DNA from: Camelus dromedarius
Lineage: Eukaryota
DNA length: 64,000 nt
Reading direction: 5' to 3'
NCBI RefSeq assembly: GCF_036321535.1
Contig: NC_087436.1
Location: 9,300,001 to 9,364,000, forward strand
The notes beneath the pieces are model-generated. The model searched no databases, had not been told where the DNA came from, and was given only the letters and a program-made list of their open reading frames with translations. Position 1 is the first letter of the stretch; the number at the start of each line of letters is the position of its first letter. The position numbers were made by a program, and so were the translations under genes. This document shows, one piece after another, positions 38,585-50,947 of this stretch.

Positions 38585-39020
38585 AAAAGGTTAATTTCAT
38601 AATATGTGATTGTCCTTATGCTATATTTTTGCAATAATAAGTTCTGAGAAATGAAGAAGAGATTAATTAATTTCAGCAGGTAGGGGGGACAGGGATAGGG
38701 TGTTAGGGTAGGCATGGTTATAAAAGAGCAACACAGGGGATCCTTCGGGTGATGGAACTGTGCAGTATCTTGACTGTGGATATATGGACCTAGATAGTGA
38801 TAGAATTGTACAGGACTTACACACACACACACACACACACAAGCACAGATTAGTGCTATTAAGCTCAGTAGAATGCATCAATGTCAGTATCTTTTCTGTT
38901 ATATTATAGTTTTGCAAATTTTATTGGTGAAAACTGGGTAATGTGTATGCAGGATCTCTTCATATAACTTTTTACAACTGCATGTGAATTTACAATTGTC
39001 ACATTAAAAATTTCAGTTAT
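38585..39020 (+). mobile_element. L1MC-like 3' UTR containing a (CA)n tract at about 38819-38841
   Basis: gcaacacagggggatccttcgggtgatggaactgtgcagtatcttgactgtgg...acaactgcatgtgaatttacaatt. Confidence 0.8.
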
Positions 39021-39754
39021 GTGTATACAATAATTCCTATACATATATATATGTAATATATATATATCTTAATAAATATAAATATTTGATGAAATGCTGA
39101 CCCCCTTGTCCAAAAACCAACATCTATTTATTAGACCCCAGAAATTACAAATTTTCTTACAAAGTTACCAGGGGAAACCACCCTTTAACAAACAAGGAGC
39201 ACATATTATCTAATGAATATATATGTAGAGAGAGACTCACTTCATACACTCAATTTAGGGAAATTTTTCTCCCATTAAAATTCCACAACTACACAATCTT
39301 GACTATTATGGACTACAAGAAAGTAAATAAATGGGTGGTTTCTGCTACCAACTATGTTAGTAATAATAAAATGTTCTAAGAAGTAAGCAATCATCCTTAT
39401 TAAACAAGATTCTTGTCTTTTCAGTGGTTTAGAAAAGCATCTTTAAGAGAAATGACTTATTTTGGATTGAAAATTCAGGAAAGAGACTTCTAGTTTTTCA
39501 TCCAAATAACATAATCCTACAAGTTTTCCCATGTATTTTGACACTTCCCAGCGTTCCAGGTGTTTCTGAGAGCTACCTCACAGCCATTAATAAATCACTG
39601 GGCTTTGTAGAGGGACCGTGTGCTGGCCTGGTGGCTCTGACTACATCTGAGTCTAAAGAAAGAAAATGACAACCTCAAAGTGCCACGGTCAGGAAGAAAG
39701 AGTGCCTTCAACATTTCTAATTAAAAAATTTTTTGCATACAGGCTCAGGGCCAA

Positions 39755-40138
39755 TGTAAGGACTGAAAGTTTGTGTCCCCCTAAAATTCATATGTTGAGC
39801 CCTAATCATCAATACAATGGTACTTGAAGTCGGGGTCTTTGGGAGGTCACTGGATTAGACTAGGGCATGAAGGTGGGGCTCTCATATTAAGATTGATGCC
39901 CTTAGTAGAAGAAGAGACAGAAAAATCCTCTCTCTCTCTGCCTCCCTCTCTCCAGTACATTCACCAAGGAAAAGCCGTGTGAGAAGGTAACAGGAAGACA
40001 GCCACCTGCAAACCAGGAAGAAGGCCTTCAGCAGACACCAGGTTGGCTGGTCCCTTGATCTTGGTCTCCCACCTCCAGAACTATGAGAAACACATGTCTG
40101 TGGTTTAATTGTTACAGTAACCTTGCAAGACTAAGACA
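39755..40138 (+). mobile_element. MaLR solo LTR (MLT1A-like)
   Basis: tgtaaggactgaaagtttgtgtccccctaaaattcatatgttga...cttgatcttggtctcccacctccagaactatgagaaa...gactaagaca. Confidence 0.9.
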
Positions 40139-40584
40139 ATACACTTGATACAGCCAAATTTCCAACAGTCCAGCCCTACAGTTTGCTGAACTTAAAAACT
40201 CTGTCCCAAGAGTAATGAGGAAAATTTCCTGATTAGTAACTGAGGGAACAATGGACATTGCTCAGATCAGCTTCTCATAAATTTCCTTTTTAAAGTGGTG
40301 CTACTTCCACACTTTGCTTCTCAAGTCAAGGTTCCTACTGAGGGAGAACCTGGATGGATGTGTAATCCTGATGGGAACCCATAGTTGACATACTATTTAT
40401 TTGGCACCTCCCAAAATGCCCCAAACACTGAAAGGAACGCAAGTATTTTCCACTCTATATAGAGTATATATATATATATAAAGATTATACTATAGTCTGA
40501 AAGTATAAGATCAGGCCATATTTGTGGATAAATTAGCCAAAAAAGAAATATGGATTCTCAAATGGTCTGATATTCACTTGTTTG

Positions 40585-40847
40585 TTTTTTCCCATTTTAA
40601 ACTGAAGTATAGTTGATTTATAATGTTGTATTAGTTTCTTGTGTACAGCATAATGATTCAGATATATATATGTATATATATATATATTCTTTTTCATATT
40701 TTTTTCATTACAGGTTGCTACAAGCCATTGAATATAATTCCCTGTGCTACACAGTAGGACCTTGTTGTTTATCTATTCTGTACATAGTAGTTTGTATCTG
40801 CCACAGGGATCAATTGGGAGTTTTCAATTGGCAGGTACAAACTACTA
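40585..40847 (-). mobile_element. Short L1 3' end with 5' inversion
   Basis: Antisense L1 tail to 40803, then a sense-oriented upstream piece at 40805-40847. 17-bp TSD tg(a/g)tattcacttgtttg at 40568-40584 and 40848-40864. Confidence 0.9.
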
Positions 40848-41499
40848 TGGTATTCACTTGTTTGGTTGATTGGCACTTGGACTTCATGTTGGCCTAGAGT
40901 AAAATTTAATTTGGATGCTAAAAATTTATTTACCTTATGTAATGGGAATAAACAAAGCAGCTAGAAATGTAGGAGGAGCTGTACCACATGATTCCTACTC
41001 AATCCCAGCCTACCTCTGCCCTGAGAACCCTCATGGGTAACTCTTGGAAAACTCTGCTGGTAAGGGAGGAACAATATGCAAGAACTTCCTCTTCGTCATT
41101 GTTCTATGTGGTCTGAGACTACAGGCAGGAGATTCACTCCTGAGTAGGATCTCCTGATCTCTATGAGAAGGTTACGATTCTCAGGTGGCAGGGACCAAAT
41201 ACATCAGTTATTATAATAACAATTAAATAATGAAAATGGTCTAATCATAGGAACTTTTAAGAGAATGAGGAAGGCATCTCTAGAACAATTGCTCCTAGGT
41301 TGATAAACTGAGGAAACTGTAGGTCTGGGGACTTGAGTTCTTACCAAAGCCACTACAGCAGAGAGTTAGAGCCCTTCTCTTTCTCCAGGTGTGAACCACG
41401 AACACTGAGTGCCTTGGAGGGAAGTGATGTCTGCAGACTCTCCAGGAAGGACTTTGCTCTCAAGTTCCATGTATACATTATGGTATATTAATAAATGGA

Positions 41500-42120
41500 C
41501 AAGGAGGCCTGAGTCTACCTCTGGAGCGGAACAGTGAATTCACAGAATCATTAGCCTTCAACTTCTGATTGCGCAGTTGGAATAGATATTTGAAGTAAAC
41601 ACAGAATCCAACTATTGGTTCCATGATCCTTGGCATAAATGTTTTGATTTGAAGGGCGAAGAAGATGTACTTAGAAGTTACTTTCTATATCAAAAGAGTA
41701 AGAAAAAATTGTTATACCCTGGGACAATCATGATGGTAGAACCACATCAAAGATTTGAAAGTTTTCCAGGTGATTATTGTCTCCCTATTTGGACTCTGGA
41801 AAAGGTGGATAGGTCTTAAAAGTAAAAGAGGACAGTTATAAACTTAATAAGGTTTCAAACTGCAAATTTTTTCAACTATGCTCTCTTTATTGGAGCAGAG
41901 CGTATATGCATTCATACCTGAGGTACAGTCATCTATCAGAAATCATAAGCAACAAACAGAAGAAAAGCTTGCCTTCTCCTGCAAAGAATAGCAATGCTCA
42001 TTGTCTATCCTGACTCCAGGATATGCTAATTCTCTATCTGTGTCCCACAACCCAGTTGAAATAGATACCAATTCTCATCAATTCGCAAGACTTCCCACTG
42101 TCTCACTACCTAGAGTAAAC
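41500..42120 (+). mobile_element. ERVL internal remnant (protease to RT)
   Basis: Decayed VGIDI..QNPTIGS, IKDLK, SPIWTLEKVDRS, SYKLNKV, SLLEQ, LAFSCKE and TPGYANS in ERVL pol order. The remnant may extend from about 40960 to 42430. Confidence 0.7.
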
Positions 42121-42773
42121 ACCAACACATAGCTGGGATGAACGCTAACATCCTTGACCATAAGGTAGAGAGAGGGTGATCTTCACATAGGAACACAGCA
42201 GTTACGTCCGTCCCCAGCCTGCTTCTCTCCACCTCAACACTGTGTTTCTCTCACTTCATTTCTAGAATTTTGTGAAGAGGTCACTTATGATGTGTTGACC
42301 GAGGATGAATAAAACTGGTGATAGTTCCAGGTGGATCTGCCTAATATACTGGCAACAGCCAGAAAGGAGGGGTGTCAGATCTGCTCAGTGGTGGCTTGAA
42401 GGGAAGTGGAGAAGTTACATTAATCCAGGGAATTTAGTTGCATTTCATGTGGTCTACTTTGTTTGGGAAGCTCAGCACCTTAAGTATCTGTAGACTTTAA
42501 GTTCAACTCCTATTGGAGATTTTCCTAAATATACTGATGCAGCTATCACATCCTCAGCAATTATAGATGGAAATTATATTTAAAATGGTCAATTTATGTA
42601 TTGAGTTGATATTTCAAAGTGGATCAAAAACAATGCTACACTGATAATGAAGATTTGATATTACTTATTATTGTTACAGCAGCTTTTAACCTTGGTATTT
42701 ATTGAAAAAAATCAGATTGTGTTTAATTCTAGCAATTTTATTTAGGATCTATGTCAACAGAATGTCATTTTTA

Positions 42774-43451
42774 TTATTTATTTATTTAATTTTTTAAACA
42801 TTTTTTTACTGATTTATAATCACTTTACAATGTTGTGTCAAATTCCAGTGCAGAGCACAATTTTTCAGTCATACATGAACACATACACATTCATTGTCAC
42901 ATTTTCTTCTCTGTGAGATACCATAAGATCTTGTATACATTTCTGTGTGTTATACAGCATAATCTTGTCCATCTATTCTACAATTTTGAAATCCCAGTCT
43001 ATCCCTTCCCACCCCGCCCCCACCCCACTGGCAACCACAAGTTTGTACTCTATGTCTATGAGTCTATTTTTGTTTTGTATTTATGCTTTGTTTGTTTGTT
43101 TGTTTGCTTGTTTTTATATTCCACATATGAGAGATCTCATATGGTATTTTTCTTTCTCTTTCTGGCTTACTATCACTTAGAATGACATTCTCTGGGAGCA
43201 CCCATGTTGCTGCAAATGGCATTATGTTGTCGGTTTTTATGGCTGAATAGTGTTCCGCTGTATAAATATACCACATCTTCTTTATCCAGTCATCTGTTGA
43301 TGGACATTTAGGCTGTTTCCATGTCTTGGCTATTGTAAATAGTGCTGCTATGAACATGGGGGTGCAGGTGTCATCCTGAAGTAGGGTTCCTTCTGGATAT
43401 ATGCCCAGGAGTGGGATTCCTGGGTCATACGGTAAGTCTATTCCCAGTCTT
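42774..43451 (-). mobile_element. Young 5'-truncated L1 (ORF2 C-terminus plus 3' UTR)
   Basis: ORF 43064-43357 [33 protein letters not shown] is the L1 ORF2 C-terminus. Perfect 16-bp TSD cagaatgtcattttta at 42758-42773 and 43452-43467. Confidence 0.97.
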
Positions 43452-44384
43452 CAGAATGTCATTTTTAAATTGTTGCCTTTACCTACATTATTAAAGAAAT
43501 GGGAAATATATTAAATGTTATTTACATCTTAACTACTTTCTTAATATTTGATGTTACTTATACTGTGAAGTACACATGTAAAATAAATAAAGCCAGATGA
43601 GAATTGACAAAGGTGTCATTTTATATGATTATAATACTGTCAGGTTAAAAAATTACCAGAGAACAATTTGGATCACCTGTTTTTAAGGTTATCCAACATA
43701 CAAGAAGAAATACGCTAATTCATGACTCAGCTTTAATACCATTCACTCTTGTTCAATATTGGCAGCAACTTTTAGAATTTGATACCAAGGAACGCTTTCA
43801 ATTCTCAATGTGAAAAAGAGAATCATTTGTCCTTATTGAAAGTGGGTGGTTGGGACAGAATTATTTATAGGGTATTATTAGAAGGCACCTCAAAGGCATT
43901 TCTGACACACAAGCCACAGCATAAACTTACTTTGCTTGCTCCTGGCTTCTTTGTTATGTTCCCAGAGAAGCAAATAAAAGGCTTTCAAATCACTTGGTTT
44001 TCAGAATTCATTCAGCCTATTTTCATAAATCACATGTAAAAGGCCAGATACTTTTAAACTTACCAAGGAAAATCCACTCATGGGTTTCATAGACCCAGAA
44101 GGAAGGCAATCTCCCTGTGCCCTGGGTGAACACTTGTTTTATTCCTTTCACGTAACTCTAGTCTTCCACCAGGACGAGCAATGAGCTAGGACTAAACACA
44201 GGTTTCCATCAATTATTCTCATTCCAAAAGCCTCACCTTCAAGTTCGACACTTGGTCAAGGCATCAGTTCAATTTAAACAAAGAATAACGGAAACCCCAG
44301 AGGGAAAGTGATAAGGCATAGCTGTTAAGTGATGTCGTTTTGGGGATAGGACTCCTTCCTGATGACCGTCTGTCCCCACTGTCC

Positions 44385-44540
44385 ACTAGCTTCAGAGATC
44401 AGGCAAGTCAGTGACCCTCTCCACCTTAATCTCCTCTTCTGTGAACTAGGAGAATAACAGTCCCACATCAAGGGGTTGTCGAAAGGATTAAATGAGATAA
44501 TGCATATCAACAACCTGAGGCAGAACTCAGTATTAAAAAT
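44385..44540 (+). mobile_element. MIR SINE
   Basis: ggcaagtcagtgaccctctc...ggttgtcgaaaggattaaatgagataatgcat. Confidence 0.8.
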
Positions 44541-45482
44541 CTACTTTCCCATTACATTTTGTAGAATGGTATACAAGGAAAAAAATATATTATCTTTTTT
44601 TTAAAAAATAGTACATTTTTCAGCATGCCACTTAGGATCATGATACAGATCTAATAAATTGCCATTTTCTTAATTATAAGTTTTTCTGCAAAAGCTAACC
44701 TTTAAAGCTCTTTTAGTGTTTATAAGCATGCTTAGTTAAAATATGTTGAATTATTCATGATAACTGAAACTGTGGCTACTCTGTTAAAATTTGAATACAT
44801 CATAGTTTTATAATAAATACAGTCTTTGTTAATTATTAATCAAACTTTGTAAGATGACAATGTTTTGGCCTGATTGGGTAAATGAATCAATACAGGGAAA
44901 AATTAAACAATGCACATTTTATGATCCTCAAGATTAAACCACAGTCATCACATATCACTCTGAAGAGGAGAATGATTGCATGTAGACCTTCCTTCATCAG
45001 CTGAATATCGTCCTCACTGAGATCTTTATTGTTTTGTAGAACTTTGTAGATATTTGATTATATTCATTATATATATATATATATACACAAAAATGTTATA
45101 TATATAACTATATAAGTAACTATTTGCATATATAACCATGTAATTAAGTATATTGTACATATCTATCTACATATAGAGAGACAGAGACACAGAGAGAAAA
45201 AGAGTGTGAGGGAGGAGCCTAAATAGATGTATCTTTACTAAGTTTGTTTTGTGAATAGGGATTTGGCAGTGCCATTTTAATAGGATGGAAAGTGGGGAAA
45301 ATAATTCATGTTCACCAATAATCATTGATAAATAGTGTCCTAGAGCAGATAACCTCAAGGATGTTCTTACCTTCTCAACTACTGTGTGTATGACAGACTA
45401 ACAGAGCTCATAAATCAGCTCTTTCAAGACTTGGCGAAACCTCTGAGAGTATCAGCATTCTGTGATGTCCAGCTTCTTTTGA

Positions 45483-45690
45483 TTTTTATTTTTTATTGAA
45501 GTATAATTGATTTACAACATTGTGTTAGTTTCCAGTGTACAGTTATTCAATTATACATATATATATATATTCTTTTTCAGATTCTTTTCCATTATAGGTT
45601 ATTACAAGATATTAATATACTTCCCTGTGCTACACAGTAGGTCCTTATTGTTTACTTATTTCATACATAATAGTGTGTATATGTTAATCC
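45483..45690 (-). mobile_element. L1 3' end (artiodactyl type)
   Basis: ttttattgaagtataattgatttacaa...ccctgtgctacacagtaggtcc; same type as 40585-40803. Confidence 0.9.
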
Positions 45691-45879
45691 TATTTTGCCT
45701 ATTTTATTGGTTAAGAGCAACATTTTGATATGTGCAACTTACTGTACAGTGGAGATCATTATCTTGTTTATGCCTTTAATGAGAAAAAGTCCATTATTTT
45801 ACCAGTAAGAATGATATTTCTGAAAGATTCCTTACGGATATCACCTTCATGGTAAGGATGTTTCTCTCTATACTAAAAG

Positions 45880-46070
45880 CGCTACACTGCTAGGTAATTT
45901 TACAAACGTTACTTCACTTAGTTGTCACAGCAATCAGTGTCATTATCCCTAACTTCCAGATGAGGGAAATAAGACTCAGGAAGATTAATGAGCATCAGGA
46001 CCATGAGACTAAGTAGGTAGGGGGCCAGAAACCAAACCAAAGGCCATGAAGTCCATGAATTTTACTATAC
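45880..46070 (-). mobile_element. MIR SINE
   Basis: cattatccctaacttccagatgagggaaataagactcagg. Confidence 0.7.
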
Positions 46071-46379
46071 TCCAAAGCACCTTCCTACTCCATTGTTTGT
46101 GTCTCTAGTTTACCGTTTTTATCACCCATCCCACAACTCACGGCCACACTGATCTTTCAGAAGTAGCACTTCCATCATTTTATTTCTTATTTTCAGGAAT
46201 CCCCAGTGACTCCTGTTACTATTTATCCTGAAGCATTTTATCACCATATCAATAAACCCACTTGTTTTTGTACCCCAAAGCACCAAAATCTATTCACTTT
46301 TATTACCTATTGGAAATTCTCAGCCCATTAGGTCTCTATGGCATGCATACACAAGTTCTGTTTTGTAAACATATTGATA

Positions 46380-46825
46380 ATGACACTTTTTTCTATGCTT
46401 TTGCTCCCTTCTACAGGGCTAAATGTTTAAAGACTTGACTTTCTGTGTGCCCTTGCAGCTAGAGGTGGCTGTGGGACATAAGTTTGGCCAATGAGGTTTA
46501 ATCAGAAGTTTTTGAGAGGAAGTTCTGAGACAACCATTTAATAAAGACAGACTCAGTTGGCATTCGTTTCTCATGTTTAGTCTCCAGGTCTTAACCTTCT
46601 TCTCAGTTGGAATGTTTGAGCCAAACCTAGAAGTGAAACAGATGTACTGCAGCCATGAACACAGTTACATCTCCAGGCAGATAGAAAGAGTTTAAGGGAT
46701 TGATAAAATGAACTGCTGTACTGATTTACCTCTGCCTAATTCTGGACTTTAAATTAAGGGAAAAAAAAGGAATATTTAAGAATTTAAGCTACTGTTATGG
46801 AGTTTTCTGATACAAACAGTTTTTA
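46380..46825 (+). mobile_element. Ancient MaLR LTR (MLT1I/J-like)
   Basis: cccttgcagctagaggtggctgtgggacataagtttggccaatgag...tctggacttt...tttaagctactgttatggagttttctg. Confidence 0.65.
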
Positions 46826-46829
46826 TCTG

Positions 46830-47939
46830 ATTTTCTTTCCCCTTTCTTTCTAATATCCATTTCCACTCCTCACTTCCATAGGGATTAATCTAATGTGTTC
46901 AGTGCATGTCCTTCATCTGCAAATGTTATTACAAAATACTTGCTGTTGTTTCATGGATGTGTTAATTTAATTTATACAATGGTATTAAGCTTTAAGACGT
47001 GTTTACTATTTTTCTCCTTCGTCCATAGATTTTTGGGATCCATCCATGGTGCTACATGTATTTTGGTCTCTTTCCTTTTAACTGCTTCTACCTTTCCATT
47101 GTAGTTCCCCATTTCTTATCTATATACTTAGAGATAGACGCCCTGCCACAGCAAGTAAAGTTTCCATAAATATCTTGTTACTTGTCTTCTCAGGTCCTTT
47201 GAGAAAATTTCCCCCTTTTGGGAATGGAATACTCAGAGTAGGATCACTGAATCTTAAAGTATATACATGCTTAGTTTCCGTAAGTGCTGTCAAGGATTTC
47301 CTTCTTTTGTAACCTTGTCACCAGTAGATTGCATCTACATTTCTAAATTTTTTCACTCTGGTGTATTAATTTGTGTTTTTTTTTTTTCCCGATTACTTAT
47401 GAAGTTTGCACAGCCATTGGGCTACAACATTAATAACCTTCTTGTTCATTTCTTTGTCAATTTTGCTGTTGAAATATTTTCTTTTTATTCTGTAATTAGA
47501 GCTATTTCTGATTTGTATTATGAATTTTTTTGGTTTACTTTTAGATTTTAGGAGATATTTAGGAATATCTTTCACTGGTTGTTTATCTGTCTGTGACTTT
47601 GGTTACAGAGACTATCAGTGAAGATACGTTGTGTGTGTGTGTGCCTGAGTGCATGTGTGTGTTGTCAAATCTGGTTTTCATTTTCTTCTTTGTGCTTTTT
47701 AGATCTCATTCAAGAAGTTTTACTTTCCCCTTGGCCATAAAAAAAGTTCTTCCCAGTTGTCTTCTATTATCTTTGTACTTTTTCTTTTCTTGTACCTTTA
47801 GGGCATTAATGCATTCTGAGTGCAACATTATTTGGAAAAAGGAGTGCTATAGCTGTGCTCTTCAAAGCGTTGTTAGTTTTCTCAATATTGCCAACTAAAT
47901 AAACCATTTCCCCATTTGTGATAAACCATTTCTCATTCA

Positions 47940-47970
<31 letters not shown>

Positions 47971-48850
47971 CTGTGCCTTCTATTTTGTTTCCTAAATCAA
48001 ATTTCCTGTTCTTGTACCAGTTTAGTACTATGGTTTCTTAATACATAGCAATATTTGCCAGGGGAAGTCCTCTTATTTTCTTTATTAAAGTTGACTTGGA
48101 CATCTCTACAACTGAAATCTTTCATTTGCATTTTAGAATAAGATTGTCGCATGTCTCAGAATGCTCATCTGGAAAACTTACATTGATTGTATTGATGATA
48201 TGTCTTATTGTGGAGGAAATTGATGTGTTTGACATTTAAATATAGCTATTCATTCCTGTATATAGTATATATTTTCATTTGCTTAAATTTACATTATTTT
48301 ATTTATTCATTTTATACCTATATTAGTTTATTTTATTTATGTATTTTATTCCTATATTATGTTTATGCATATTATTCTTCATTACAGTTATAATTTACTG
48401 TATAAAATGTTAGCTCTATATGTTGGTTCCCAGGTACTTTACATTTTAGTTGTTATTATGAGTGATATTTCTTTACTATAACATTTGTTGATTGATTGCT
48501 GCTGCTACCAAGAAGCGCAGTTTATGGTCACAAGCTGATCTTTATCCAGTCACCCTGACGGACTTTCTCATCTTTTAATTCTCAAGCTGTTTATATGATA
48601 ATAGCACATTTAAAAAAAGAATCTTCTTTTCCAATTCTCATACTCCATATGCATTTTCTTAATAGCTTTACCCACCCTTTCCAGTAATGCTAAACTTTAG
48701 AAGTGATAGAAAGTATCACTGATAATGTATTAAGTTTAATTTATTAATAGGAATGTGCATAAAGTCTTTTAAGTACATTATTTGACGTGTCTATCAGTGG
48801 CATACCTTTTATAAAAGTAGATAAAATACCATATAGTCTTCGTATTCATA
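46830..48850 (-). mobile_element. Ancient L1ME-like remnant with a (TA)n/T tract at about 47940-47970
   Basis: Scattered antisense L1 3' UTR and ORF2 motifs; T-rich strand. Confidence 0.5.
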
Positions 48851-48989
48851 AATTACATGATCTTTTTCTTTCTTTTTACTTAACTGGCTAATAAAATCAG
48901 TGGAACAGTTGTTCTAATATCTCTTTTTTCCTGTAATCACTTAAACGCCTTTTGCAAGATAATGATTATCTGTTCATTACAAATATGAT

Positions 48990-50005
48990 GGATCTTACCT
49001 CTAATGTCATGTACAATGAATAATAGAGCCCCAAATATTAAGGAAATAGTCAAATGTTAAACTGTGCTTGTTACATCTCTAGGAAGTTGATATGTAGACA
49101 GTAAATAAACAAAAATACATAAAATTTTAGCAGTTCAGGAAACCACAATGGAAAAATTGTAAATGTTTACCATGAAGTAATCGACAAAAAGTCTTATTTT
49201 CCCCCAAAGGATAAATAGCATACAAAACGTATTCTCCATTCACAATGCAATACAATAGAAATTAATAATTTTTTAAAAATGACAAAAGAAATGCCAATTT
49301 TTCCAAATGAAATAAAATTCAACTTATAATAGAAATGACTATTTTTAAATGACAAAAGAAATATCACTTTTTTCAATACTAAGTAAAATACAATTTCCAT
49401 ACTAAATAAAATGCTTATTAAAAGAGGAAATTATAAAATAAATTAAAACTACTTAGAGATGAATGCCAGTGAAAATGTTAGATGCCAAATTTTACAAGGT
49501 ACAGAAAAAGACATGTAGAGAGAACTTTACAAATAAGTCACACGAGAGAAAAAAAATTAGAGAAATAAAACTAATGAGCCAGCAGCCAATTCAAGAAGAC
49601 GGAAAAGAAATAATAGAAGAAATTGAAAAAGGGATAAAAATAAGTATTAAATAATAATATAGAAAACAAAGAATACATAAATAAGGCTTAGAGAACCAAC
49701 AGCAAGTTTTTGGAAAAGATTAACAAGAAGGGAAAACATCCAGGAAGAAAGAAGGAGGAAATATGTGAATTAAAGCGTTAAATATGTACTAACATAATAA
49801 AGGTTTAAAATAGTGATTACAGAGTAGTATGCATGTCTAAGTGCTAATTAATTTCATCAACATCAGAACAACTGAGGAATTTTTACAAATATGCTAGAAT
49901 TGGGCAAAGAAGAATTAGGAAATTTGAATAGACAGATGTAAAGTCTGAAATGAAATAAAAGACCCTTCTCTTAATTTTCTTTAAGCAAATATGACAAAAG
50001 TGACC
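48990..50005 (+). mobile_element. Ancient L1 ORF2 (EN/linker) remnant
   Basis: cacaatgcaatacaatagaaattaataa, aaaactacttagagatgaatg, ttttggaaaagattaacaa. Confidence 0.55.
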
Positions 50006-50560
50006 CATGGTAGGCAGAATAATTGTCCCCCAAAGATGTCCAAGACCTACGCCCTGGAAGCAGTGCATATGTTACTTTACTGCTCAAAAAGGAATTAAGT
50101 TGCTAATCAGCTGACCTGCGAAGGATAATCCAGGTGGAACCACTGAAATCAGTCGAATGAGCCTGGGAAAGCAGAGGGGAAGCAGGAGACCCAGTCAAAG
50201 ACATGTGACAACGAAAGAAGAGACAGAAGAGAATCTGGGTGTGCAGGCACTTGGCCCACTATTGCTGGCTTTGAAGCTGGAGGGACGAGGTCACCAGCTG
50301 TAGGCAGCACTGGGATCTGACAGGCGTCCAGGAGACAGGACCACAGTCCCACCACCTCAGGAGGCTGATACCTGCCAGCAATCCCAATGAGTAAAGACAT
50401 GAGCTCCCCAAGAGCCTTCCATGAAGAAAAGCAGCCCTGCCAAGACCTTGAATGAGCCTCGGAGTCAGACTTCGGAACTGCAGAATTCTGAGATAAGAAA
50501 TCACTGTTGTCTCTTCACGTTTGTAATAATATTTTGCAGCAGCAAGAACAAGCTCATATC
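50006..50560 (+). mobile_element. MaLR solo LTR (MLT1D/E-like)
   Basis: tggtaggcagaataattgtcccccaaagatgtcc...ttgctaatcagctgacct...ttgctggctttgaag...cagccctgccaagaccttga...gagataagaaat. Confidence 0.88.
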
Positions 50561-50834
50561 TGATCTGATCTTATTTCAACCTTTATTTCTTGCTCCTCCA
50601 CAAAAATTCTGTGCTTCAACTATATTCATTTACTAGCAATGTCACAGGTCTTCATAGATAATGAGTTTTAAGCTTGGGCACTTTGAAAAGATATTTTTTC
50701 GTTTCTCTGGAATTCTGTTCTGTAGGAGCCCTACTTTATTATCAAGCAGAATAAAAAAGGACTCTTCTCCAGAAAGACTTCTCTGACTCCATCCTCTGCA
50801 CCTTTGCCTTTCTTCTCTCCTCTTTAGTGAAAAC

Positions 50835-50947
50835 AATAAGACTCTTAGTTTGACAGGACAACGGCTGTATCTTATTTAACTTTCAATTTCTGACTCAGAA
50901 TCTCCCACGTGGGAAGAAGGAACAAATACTTGTTTTATGAATGAATG
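50835..50947 (+). mobile_element. L2 3' end
   Basis: Ends aaatacttgttttatgaatgaatg. Confidence 0.55.
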
